Below, piece by piece: positions 1 to 11,500 of a DNA stretch of 64,000 bases. The translations under genes were made by a program, and so were the position numbers. The notes below the pieces were generated by a model. It worked only from the letters and a program-made list of their open reading frames with translations. It was not told where the DNA came from and ran no database searches. Numbering within the stretch: the stretch's first letter is position 1; every line of letters begins with the position of its first letter. Source of the stretch: Lingula anatina (taxonomy: Eukaryota > Animalia > Brachiopoda); NCBI GenBank assembly GCA_051362555.1, contig CM120641.1, positions 18,166,001 to 18,230,000 on the forward strand. The letters are read 5' to 3'.

Positions 1-231
1 AAAAATGAAAATTTCAAATGAGGTTAGCCAAAATTTAAATATAGAACTAAAAAAAAAAAACTATTTATTGAATGGTTCTAAATAGGGTATACCTTGGTGA
101 TTATGAAAAACTCATGAAGTATCTTGGAAAAAAAATTTTTTTTTATTTCGCCATATTAAGCTCTAAATGCACATTGTTTGTCTGTAAAATTTATGTAATC
201 ATTTTCATTTTTGAAAACCCATCAAATGTTT

Positions 232-1238
232 TTATCTTTTACAGAATGTTGAACCACACAGTCCATAAATGAAAAAATTAATTGATGAGTTGAGACTTGT
301 TAGACAAAAAATCCCATTGGTTTTATCCAGTGTATAATGAGTGAAAACTGTCCAGGTTTCTTCTCTATAAGAGTCAAAAAGGAGCACGTAAAACTAAAAG
401 GTATCACGGCTTGTACATAAAATGTCACCAGTAACACCACCATTTTTATGATCTGGCTGGAGTTATCACATGTAGAATTGGTCATTGTCAGTCGCATTTT
501 AGCTTGTCTCCTCAAGGACTGAATAAGCTTCACATAAAGAATAACCATGAATCCAGTTAGTAAAGTATTAATAATGAAAGGAAACACCTTGCGGTAAATA
601 GTTTTGTAACCATTGGCCCATTCCTTCAACTGAACAACTTGGCAAAAGTCATTTGAGCTGTGTTTACAAGGAATAAATCCAACAAATTCAGTATCAAAAA
701 ACTTTGGAAGGTGATACAAAGCAATCACTGTCAGTAATACGTATGTCCGCCATCGCCATTTTGTTACCTTTCGAAACTCGATGCTTTTTACAGGTTTGTT
801 TATCACAAGATAACGGTCAAATGCCACAAAAATTAGCAGCCAATGTGAAGAAAGTCTTGCAAACAGCATGATTGGCCAAATATAAACAGTGGTTGTCTGC
901 ATTGCAACAAAGAACCAGTCAATCCATCCCAAATAAACGTGCAAAGCAGGTAGATTGTTGGTAAATATTGCTGTGATTAAAAAGATGTTATCCATGATCG
1001 CAGTCCAGGATAGTAGATAATCAGTGGATGTATTTGCTCTCTCCTTGTAAAATACTATGAAAGACAGAGTGTTACAAATCAATCTGAGTAGGCTGACGAC
1101 CAGTGATGCAAATCCTAGATCAACGGTGAGGTACAAGTTTGAGGCTGTTTGGTGAGAGTTGGTACTGTTCATCATTGTACTGTTCAATATATTTGTTGTT
1201 AAATTTAATTCATCTGTATCACCAGAAAAAGCTTTCAT
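232..1238 (-). pseudogene. Intronless rhodopsin-like peptide GPCR (FMRFamide-receptor-like expansion family), frameshifted before TM7; pseudogene or homopolymer sequencing error
   Basis: ORF 1238-300 has N-terminal N-glycosylation sites, TM1 (LICNTLSFIVF), TM2 (LSWTAIMDNIFL), FDRY at the end of TM3, TM4 (LYHLPKFF), TM5 and TM6. The TM7 motif CLTSLNSSINFFIYGLCGSTF continues in another frame from 306 to a stop at 234-232; the shift lies in the 6-nt homopolymer 306-311. Confidence 0.8.
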
Positions 1239-2526
1239 AATGCCTCAATGTGTAGTTGAAAATAAAATCTTGAACAAATAAGAAGCTGTCTGAATGATGA
1301 CGATACTCATGAAGTTGGGCCTTTATATCACAGAATTTGGCCATGTCCATAACCAATCGGAGACCATATTTGATTTTGACAGTAACAAGGATTCCAAAAT
1401 TTTGATTGACACATGCATGGATGAGAGGATATAAAATGATACGAAAGGAGACAAAGACAACGGCAATGTAGAAGAATAACAAAGTCTCAGCTTTAACTAG
1501 TGTGACAAAAGACCATGCACAGAATAATGAAAATTAAGAAAATATGAATGAAAAGGAGCATATCTTATTGAAACAAAAAAGGAATGGATACCAGGTCTAT
1601 TCATGTCACCTTTTTGACTGAATAATAACTCTTTGTGTTAAACCATCACGTTGGTTTAATCTATACCTATTGAGAAATCTGATTTCAGAAACAATATACG
1701 GATCTATCTTCTCTTTTTTTCTAAAAATATGTTGTTGTGCAACTAAAGTTAAAAAAGGACAAACACTGACTCATTAACTTCGATTTTATTTTAACATTAA
1801 CAAATTTGCCAATTATTTTTCTTTGATTAATTCATTTTTTTTTTTTTTTGGTATAAATGAAAACAAAGACTAAAAACTTGTTTTGATAACTTTTAATGAC
1901 ATCTTCAGTGTCATTGTGACATAGTTCCATAATCCAATTCATCTATAGAGCATTACTTAAAACATGGTTTATTTTAAATAAGAAAATAGCCACTCAATGC
2001 ATCATTTATATATGGATAGGGTATACCCAGATGATTATGGGGAAATTATTTAAGTTATAATTTATTTTGCTATATAAAGCTCTAAGGCTTGTTGTTTATT
2101 ATTTTGCTGATAATCTTGTAGTAGTTTCTTAATGACTTCAAAGGTATTGTTTATGAAAGTGTTTGTTTAATTTTGTAAATTTAAAAATTGTGATTATTGT
2201 AATTTGTGTGTTCTGAGAATATTTTCATTTTTTTTCTGAAATTTATTTGTTTCAAATTATTAGCATTTTTTACCAAAGATTTTATCTTATCATAGATGAA
2301 GGAGCATTATAATAATTAAAGACATGTTAGGATCAAACAATGATTTTCAAGGCAAATTATCAATTACTATATTCATCTTATTTGTTATCTTGTTTTGGGT
2401 GATATTTCAGTCTGCCTTTTTAGCTTATCATAAGATGCTGAACAGCACTATCTTCACTCTACATCTTTTCAAAGTAAGATTAACGAATGATTTAATTTTT
2501 GACTAAACTTTAATTTTGTGCTATAG

Positions 2527-5500
2527 GTGAGATTGCCATCCGTGTCTTCAGAGCCTGTCATGAGATGAAGATTCGAACAGTGGCTGTCTACTCGGAGCAA
2601 GATACGATGCACATTCACAGACAGAAGGCGGACGAGGCATACCTCATAGGGAAAGGTCTTCCACCTGTGGCGTCCTATCTGAACATACCTGAAATAATAC
2701 AGGTTGCCAAGGTATAAGGAAATGTTACAAAATGTAACTATAAGGGTGTAACTTTGATTAGAAATAGAAATGTGTAAGTGGGTGGGGTCAAACTTAGAAA
2801 TTGCTCTATGTCAGAAGTAGTGCTCTCTGTGCTCTAGCATGTTGATATCTTTTAGCAACTCTTAATGTCATTGATGCTGATAATGTTACAAGTATTATAA
2901 ATGATGAAATTAATGAATGTTGGAAATTTTAAAAACTGACATTTTTCATTTATCAACAAACATGAATTTGAAAATTTTTCATAACAGGTAAAGCTTATTT
3001 TCATGTTTTAAGGAAAACAATGTAGATGCTATCCATCCAGGCTATGGGTTCCTCTCAGAGAGGGCAGATTTTGCTAAAGCTTGTGAAGTAAATGACATCA
3101 AGTTTGTTGGACCACCTTCAGAAATTGTGAGGAAGATGGGAGACAAAGTGGAGGCTAGGCAGGCTGCCATTGATGCAGGTACAGTGATAAGGTCTAGAAA
3201 ATTGACCAAAAGGGTTTAAAATACAGCAAGTCATTCTTTTAATTTCAGTAGAGGTCCAGTTTTTATGGATTATTTGCAAAAGTTTTTTCAGAGTAGACAA
3301 CTATACATTTCTTTTTCGTAGTCATTTTAAATCAGTACCACCCCATTTCAAATCTTTTTTTTTTTTTTTTTTTTTTTGACAATAACAGGATAGACTAAAG
3401 ATTTTCACATTTTGGAGAAAAAAAAAATGAGAACATCCCTGCAGATTTAATTGCATAGGTTCATAAAGCTCCAATATGATTTGTTGCAGGTGTTCAGGTA
3501 GTCCCTGGCACAGCTCAGGCAATCCAGACTGCCGAGGAAGCTCTGGAGTTCTGTCATATCCATGGCTGTCCTGTGATCTTCAAGGCAGCTTACGGAGGGG
3601 GAGGCAGAGGAATGAGGATGGTCAGAGATATCAAAGTGAGTTAAGTGGATAAAATTTGGATCAGACCAGTTGTTTTCATCGATTTTGTATGTAGAATTTG
3701 GAATTGGTTAGGGGTAGCAGTATTAGTTTATATAGCCTATGATGTGGATAGTTGACATTAAGCTGAATGGGTTTTTAGCTGTGGGAAGTGAGCTGAGTCA
3801 TGAAAATTTTGAATTAATTTTTTTCGAGCTTACATATGCATTGAATTTATTTGGCGGAAGTCTTTACATATTTTATTAGCACAGGACTTTGGTCAGCATA
3901 TGCATTTTATATGCAAGGTTGTGATTAATGTAAATATTCCGAAAGGGAAATTTGTATATTTAACTGAAAGTCATCTTTGAATCATGATGAGTATCAGGTA
4001 CTTATTTTCCCCATAGGATGTGGAAGAAAGCTTTAACCGTGCAAGATCAGAGGCAGAGGCTGCTTTTGGAGATGGCTCACTGTTTTTAGAAAAGTTCATT
4101 GAGAGACCAAGACATATTGAAGTGCAAATTCTAGGTATTTCTGGATTTGTAAAAAAAAAATTTATAAAGAAAGAAATATTCTTCGTCAATTATTGAGCTT
4201 TGAAGTGTGGCAGCTAGGGTGAATGTAGTTTTAGTCTATAAAGATGTGTCATAGAGAAAAAGTATTCTTCAGCAAAATGGAGATAAAAAAAATAGCAGTG
4301 CCTTCTCATTTTTTCTTTGAATTATAAGTACTTTTATATACTTTTTATCAGGGGACAAAGACGGAAATGTAATTCATCTGTATGAGAGAGACTGCTCAGT
4401 CCAGCGTAGGCATCAAAAAGTTGTGGAGATTGCCCCAGCTCCATGGCTCAACAGTGAAATCCGTAACAAGATGACAGCAGATGCTGTAAAACTGGCTCAA
4501 TATGTGGGTTATGAGAACGCTGGCACTGTGGAATTCCTACTGGATCAGCATGGAAATTACTACTTCATTGAGGTTAATGCCAGACTGCAAGTGGAACATA
4601 CTGTGACGGAAGAAGTCACAGGGTGAGATGCTAGATTGGTGATATTATAATGTGATATGATATTTGTTTTAAGGGATAATTCTTGTTGTTACAGTAAAAA
4701 AGCTTTTCTGGTCTTATCGAAGACTTGGTGAATAAATTTTAGGCTATAGGAACTCTTTTGAGTTTCTGTAGCCCCAACTTTGCTACTATGGATAAATATG
4801 TACATTTGAATACCAGTTCTTTTTATTTAGCATATTCATAAGTTGATTGCCATTACATTACATTACATTACATTACATTACATTACATTACATTACATGT
4901 GCTCCCAGTCATTTTCATAAGAATCTGTGTTAATGAGTTTGTGTACAATATTTCCCATGCAAATTTTATTAGTTAAGTAATGGTGACAAAAAAATTGGAC
5001 TGAGGTTCATAAAAAAGTCACTGTTCTTATGATTGTGATAATGAGGTGACATCAGTTGGGTTAATTTCCAAATTATTTTTCAGGTTGGATTTAGTGCAAT
5101 CTCAGATCAGGATAGCTGAAGGGTTCTTGCTGCCGGAGCTGAAGATGAAGCAAGAGGACATTGTGCTCAATGGAAGCTCTATACAGTGCAGAATGACCAC
5201 TGAAGATCCAGCCAAGGGATTCCAGCCAGACACTGGAAGAATTGAGGTCTCCTCTCATGAATTTTATAAAAATCAGCTGTATTCTCTTAACTTATATAAG
5301 CCCATGTGAAATTTCACTTCAAATACAGTCTCTGTTCCACTATTCCTTTGTTGCAGAATTTCTAAATTGAAGATCAATTTCCATGTACTTTTAATGAACG
5401 GGACTTTCATTGTACATACTTATGTCATTATAATGTGTACTCTTGACCTGACAAAAAATGTAATTTTATTTTGTTTTGTCATTTTTGTGAGTATAGTTAA

Positions 5501-8500
5501 CCTTTTCATGAATTTTATATTATGTCAAAAATGTAATTATAATTTACTAAGATCTTCACAACCTAACTATGTGATGTGGCATATCTCATTCAGCAGCCAG
5601 ATCATGATTCATTTTGTGAACTTATTGCACAGTCTTTTTCTTTTGCCAGGTATTCCGCAGTGGAGAAGGCATGGGTATCAGGTTAGACAGTGCACTTGCC
5701 TATGCGGGGGCCATCATCTCTCCATATTATGACTCTCTGCTGGTGAAGGTGATTTCTCATGCACGCACCCACCAAGATGCATGTGCCAAGATGGTACGTG
5801 CTCTGACCGAGTTCAGGATAAGAGGAGTTAAGGTGAGAAAATTTAACAATTGAAAGTGAGTTGGATTCACACTGTCCATGGTTTATGTGTAAATGGGCTT
5901 TGTGTTAGCCAGCCAAATGAAAAATTACAGCCAAAACTTCATGTTTAGCCAAGAAAATTTGAAAAAAAAAAAAATTAAAGCCAAACTTAACCATACATGT
6001 ATGTCTAGTGCACATTGAGTGTTCTGTAAATTTGTTTTTTTAATTAAAATGGGGCTGTACAAAGATCTGAAGAATACCTTGTTCATTTTTTTTAAGACCA
6101 ACACACCGTTCCTGCTCAATGTCCTCCAAAATACAAAGTTCCTGGAAGGTGCTGTGGATACTTACTTCATAGATGAACATCCAGATCTCTTCAAGCTGAA
6201 ACCCAGCCAGAACCGTGCGCAGAAGCTGCTCCGCTACCTGGCCGATGTGATGGTGAACGGCCCCCTCACTCCGCTAGCAACTGGGCTTCAGCCTGCAGAG
6301 ATTGTGCCAACTGTGCCGCATGTGCCTTTTGGTAAGACTGTGAAAGATTTGACTCCTTTTATCAATTTTTATTATGTTTTTTATTATTGGAAAGAGTTTT
6401 ATCCTATACCAACAAATGTCTGTTAAGTCGTGTCCCTGAACATTTATTTATTATATTTCTGTAAGTTCACTTATTCAGTTATACTTTTAATGATTACTCA
6501 TTCATTTCTTTTACGCTATATCTTCAAGGTGATTCTTGCTTTAGAGTAGTTTTATCTAAAGCTCTGTTAGTTCAAATATTGGCGTGAAGTATGACAATAA
6601 GATAAAGGTGCTTTTTTTTTTGTAGGACCTTTTGATCATCACTGTAAGAGAGAAGTGTGATTTGTGTTTGTTAACAACTAATTGATATTTTTTTAATGAA
6701 AAATTGATGAATAACAGATGGAGATGACCTGGTGTTCCTGTGTTTATGCAGCTATTTTAATGCCAAAAATAGCTTTTTGGATTTTACCATTGCTGCTTTA
6801 AATACTTGGTGCATTGCTTAATACCTGCATGTATTGCATTACGATATTACAGTGTATCAGTCCTCCTTTCTTTCCATATTTTCATCATTTAATGGTACAT
6901 GAACAAGTTGTAGGAAAGTTATTAATACTTTTATTCCAGGCTATTCAGGAATTTTTTTTCTTTCCCAATTAACTTTCTTTCTTTTTTTCATAGTACTTTT
7001 ATGGCCATATCGTTTATTGGAATCATATCTTTAAACCTTTGTGCTTAAAATTTTTTTTTGTGCAGGTACAACAACAACCCAGGGTAACTATGTTTTCAAT
7101 TTTTGATTTTTTTAACATTGTAAATCACTTGTTTAACAAAAAGTGGTGTCACTCATTTTGTCGTTAAATGTATAGTAATATGCTGTATGTTCTGTAGAAG
7201 CCCTACAATTTTCGCATTGTACTCGTATTATGAAATATGCGGTGTGCTTTGAAATGAATTGCACTTGCGAAGGAACATCTTTTTTAAAGATCTTGCATCT
7301 TAATGGTAAATACTTGGATATACAAACCTATAATTTAAGAAAAATAGAAAGTCTGGAGAAGGAGGAGTTAAACTGAAAACTGTTTGAATTAACGGAAATT
7401 GAAGCATTGCAACCTTAAAGCAAGGTGTTGTGAACTGGAAGCATTGCAAATTTAACGCTAGGTGTTAAGATAGATGTGACCCCCATGTATATGTTAGATG
7501 GCTTTATTGGGTTATAATTGTGTTTCACATACCTTCTTTTCGTTAGTTTTTTTTATTGCGGGCTGACTGGCTGGCTTTATGCTTTCAATATAAAACCACT
7601 TTTGGGTTTGCTGACCTTGCTGCTAAGTATTAATGAAAACGCATCACCTTTCAGTATTTATAGTAAATGTAACTTTTGTTTCAGGTGATGGCATGTGCTT
7701 GACTTCTTTTTCATATTGATAGTGCATATTCATATTTTAGCTTATTACAAGTTGTTGTATTTATGTACAAGCCTTGGGTAGATAAAAACATATGCATTAT
7801 TTAGTTGTTTTCATTGTTTCATTTCTGCTTCATTTAATATTGTATGTAGGGCATTAAAAACTGCCTACAGACTTTTGGCTGTTTTGATAATCATTATTAC
7901 ACAGTATCATTCCCATAGATTAAGAGCTATTTTATGTCTGGTTTCTGCAGATTATAAAAGTAATAGTAACTGAAGGATTCCTTTTTGGTGACTTAAGTCT
8001 ATAAAAAATGAGGAAAAAATGTGATATTTAACCTCCTTTTACCATAATTTATTTATTACTAAACAATTTTGTTGCATATAAAACGAGAGAAAAAAAGAAA
8101 TTGAAAGAGAGTTATAACCATTTAAGAATATCAAAATCACTTCTTTGTTTCTTAAAGCACTAGCATTAAAAGTATATGTAATGTTTCAGATGTCAAGCAT
8201 CCCAAAGGCTGGAAGAATGTTCTAGACAAAGAAGGACCCAGTGGTTTGGCAAAAGCAATCAGAAATCACAAAGGTCTTCTGCTTATGGACACCACATACA
8301 GGGATGCCCACCAGTCCCTACTGGCTACTAGAGTTAGGACTTACGACATGAAGAGAATCTCTCCGTACACTTCTCACCATCTCAGCAATTTGTTTGCTTT
8401 AGAGAACTGGGGAGGTTAGTTTGTTGAAGCCTTGTTGAATTTTTTTCACATATCTTGATTTAATGGAAGAAAGCTTTTACATTTCTGTTTTCAGCAAAAC

Positions 8501-11500
8501 TTTATATTTTACGTAATAATAAAAACAGACTGCATATCACCAAATGAAAGATTACTTAGAGAATTCTGCTGCAGTTTGGAATTTTGAATACATTTTATGA
8601 AATTATTTTATTAAAATAGGAAAAAGTCTGATAGTGGTCTGGTTATGGTATTTCTCCACTCAGAGGTGATCAGTTGTAAAACATCTTTATATACTGATAG
8701 TTTAACCCTTACTCTTCAGTTAGTGCACTCAATTTTTAAGAACCCTTACTTTTAATATCTTAACCTTTTTTCCACAATTATAAACATTTTGTAATAGAAA
8801 ACATGAACCGCTCCTTTCCATTTTTGTCTACAGGTAATTGTCAGCATTTTTTATGCAAAAGAGTGTAAATAGAGCTGTATTTGAGAGACTGTCTTATGGA
8901 AGATTTTTTACACAGTTTAGAGTGCACTGAATCTAGAGAATGTGGTCTTTGTTTCAGGTGCCACATTTGATGTGGCTATGAGGTTTCTTCATGAATGTCC
9001 ATGGGAACGGCTGGAAGAGCTGCGACAGCTTATCCCTAATATCCCCTTCCAGATGCTACTACGAGGTGCTAATGCTGTGGGCTATACCAGCTACCCAGAT
9101 AATGTGGTTTACAAGTGAGTATACCAATAATGTGGTCTACAAGTGAGTATACCAAATATGTGGTCTACAAATTAGTATACCCCTGATGTGGTCTACAAGT
9201 GAGTATCACTTTAATGTGGTCTACAAGTGAGTGTATGGATAATGTGATCCACAAGTGAGTTTTCTGATTATTTTATGCCTTTGTTGTATGGTGTTGTAAT
9301 TATATGGAGAATTTAGAACATTGGTTTGTATGAGCATTAGGTGCTACATTAAACGAACAATGTGATACTGTTCTATTTTGTAGTTATCACCTTTTCAAAC
9401 AGCTGCCATATTTAAACAGTTGTAAGAAATTAAGTCCCAGTTTAAAGATTTCCACTTTCATTTTACATAGAATAAAAGATCCAATTTTTCCCAACTTTAG
9501 GTTTTGCGATCTTGCTGTTCAGTGTGGCATGGACATATTCAGAGTGTTTGATTCTCTGAACTATGTTCCCAATTTAATTCTTGGCATGGAAGCTTCAGCA
9601 AAAGCAGGTGAAAGACTGCATGTGTTTTGATTCAGTAATTGATAAAATTTAAGAGATAAGCAAATGTGAAAAAAAGTTATTTCTACTTTATAAGTTGGTT
9701 TTAACTTCAAAATAAGGACATTTTGTTAAAAATGTCAATGAAAAAGTTTTTAGTTCTGGAACATGATATTATTGGTGCACAAAAATTTCCAAAAACATCT
9801 AACATTTAAAGCTTTTAAATATATCAAACAGAGTAAGGTTACCCTAATGTATTTTATCTCTGCATTAAGGTGGAGTGGTGGAGGCAGCCATATGCTATAC
9901 AGGAGATGTCACTAAACCTGGAACTAAGTATGATCTGGATTACTACCTGACCTTGGCAGATGACCTGGTCAAGGGAGGGACACATATTCTAGGAATAAAG
10001 GCAATATTTCATTACCCTTTTTTTTTGTGATCTCTAAAATAAATTTATATATATATAAGTATCAAATATGGTACTTACTTTTCAATTTGCAATTTAGTAT
10101 TATTTTGTTCCTGTTGCAATGAATACCTGTATGAAATTATTGAAATATAGATTTTTGAAAATCTCTTGATTGATTTTATTTGTATACATAATAAAGCAAC
10201 ACTAACTGTTTAGGTTATTGTACCACCAGCGTTGGCGCTGGCGGTACACATGGTTTTAGTCCCGTCCGGTCCGTTCCGCCGGCTCCTGCGGCTCCGCCGG
10301 CTCCTGCGGCTCCGCCGGCTCCGCCGCCATGTCATCGTTACCGCTTCTCCTCCTAGACGGTAAGGGCCCCTATACCCATCTCTTGGATTTAGGTCACCTA
10401 TAATCTCAACTCCTTCCACGTAAAATTTGGGCTTTGTCTGTATTGGGGTCTAGGTGTGGCATTCATTGCAATGCACCCTTGTCCAAAAATGGCAAAATTA
10501 ATTGCTAATTATCTACCCTACGGAAGGAATTATGGGAAAAATTTCTACAGACGGCTTTCCAAAAGTCATATGTGTAGATTTCAAATATGCCCTTGGATTT
10601 GACCTTTGACCTTAATTTCAAGGTCAAACAGGCCAAATTTTTCAAAAAAATGAATTTTTTTATGAAAAAAAAATTATTTGCGCTGTTATTCAGACACCAC
10701 ACAGACTTAACCAATAATATTATTGGAAAATGATACCCTTCAGGTCATCTTTCATCTCCGTGAATTTGGGGTCAATCAGTGCATTTTAACGGGAGTAGCG
10801 GCCATAAGATACCGAAACTGAAAACTGTCTCTAATTCGGGAACCGTTAATGCTAGAGACCCATTCTTTTTTGCATTTTGTAGAGCATGTAAAGCCCAACA
10901 CTGGAGGTGGTCTCCGTTTTTTTGTATTCCATACAGTTTTCGAGCTACGCTGTATCAAAAAGTACATATTGGTGGTGAAAGCAAAATGTGCAGTACGGTA
11001 ATGGATAATAAATTTTGAACTCTGGAAAAATAAAACATAAGGCTTGGCAAAGCAGATAACTTGTGGTCAAAAATGACATTATTTCATCAAATTTGAACTT
11101 CTGGAACTTCAGAGCACCTCCCATTTCAAGAATTTCGACCAAAATGACCTTTTCTTTATTTTAATTAATTTTTTCTGTAGGAAATTTATGGCACATTAAG
11201 GTAACTCCAAAATTATAACATTTAGTCCCTTATATCTCCAAAACTGGCAGAGATAGGTCCATAGTTACTATTGAACTTGAATAGGAAGTCATATACTGCC
11301 AATCTAAATGTGACCTTGAAATTGACCTTTGACCTACTTTTCACCATGAATTGAACTTTGCAAATTTTGCTTCCCTTTTATCTACTTTGACCCCTTTTAT
11401 CTCCAAAACTGGCAGAGATAGGTCCATAGTTTCTATTGAACTTGAATATGAAGTCATGGTAATCTAAATGTGACCTTGAAATTGACCTTTGACCTACTTT

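Noticed and set aside
1219-1535. Hydrophobic ORF upstream of the GPCR (LYPLIHAC resembles a TM7)
   Set aside because: No ATG start at the beginning and only a vague motif; cannot distinguish a second receptor remnant or uORF from AT-rich noise.
6718-6731. Additional PC microexon (aacag|ATGGAGATGACCTG|gtgttc)
   Set aside because: 14 nt breaks frame, purine-rich acceptor region and weak donor.
10210-10419. Protamine-like [12 protein letters not shown]
   Set aside because: It is the reverse translation of the 9-bp microsatellite in the HINE-like element; no ATG start or gene structure.
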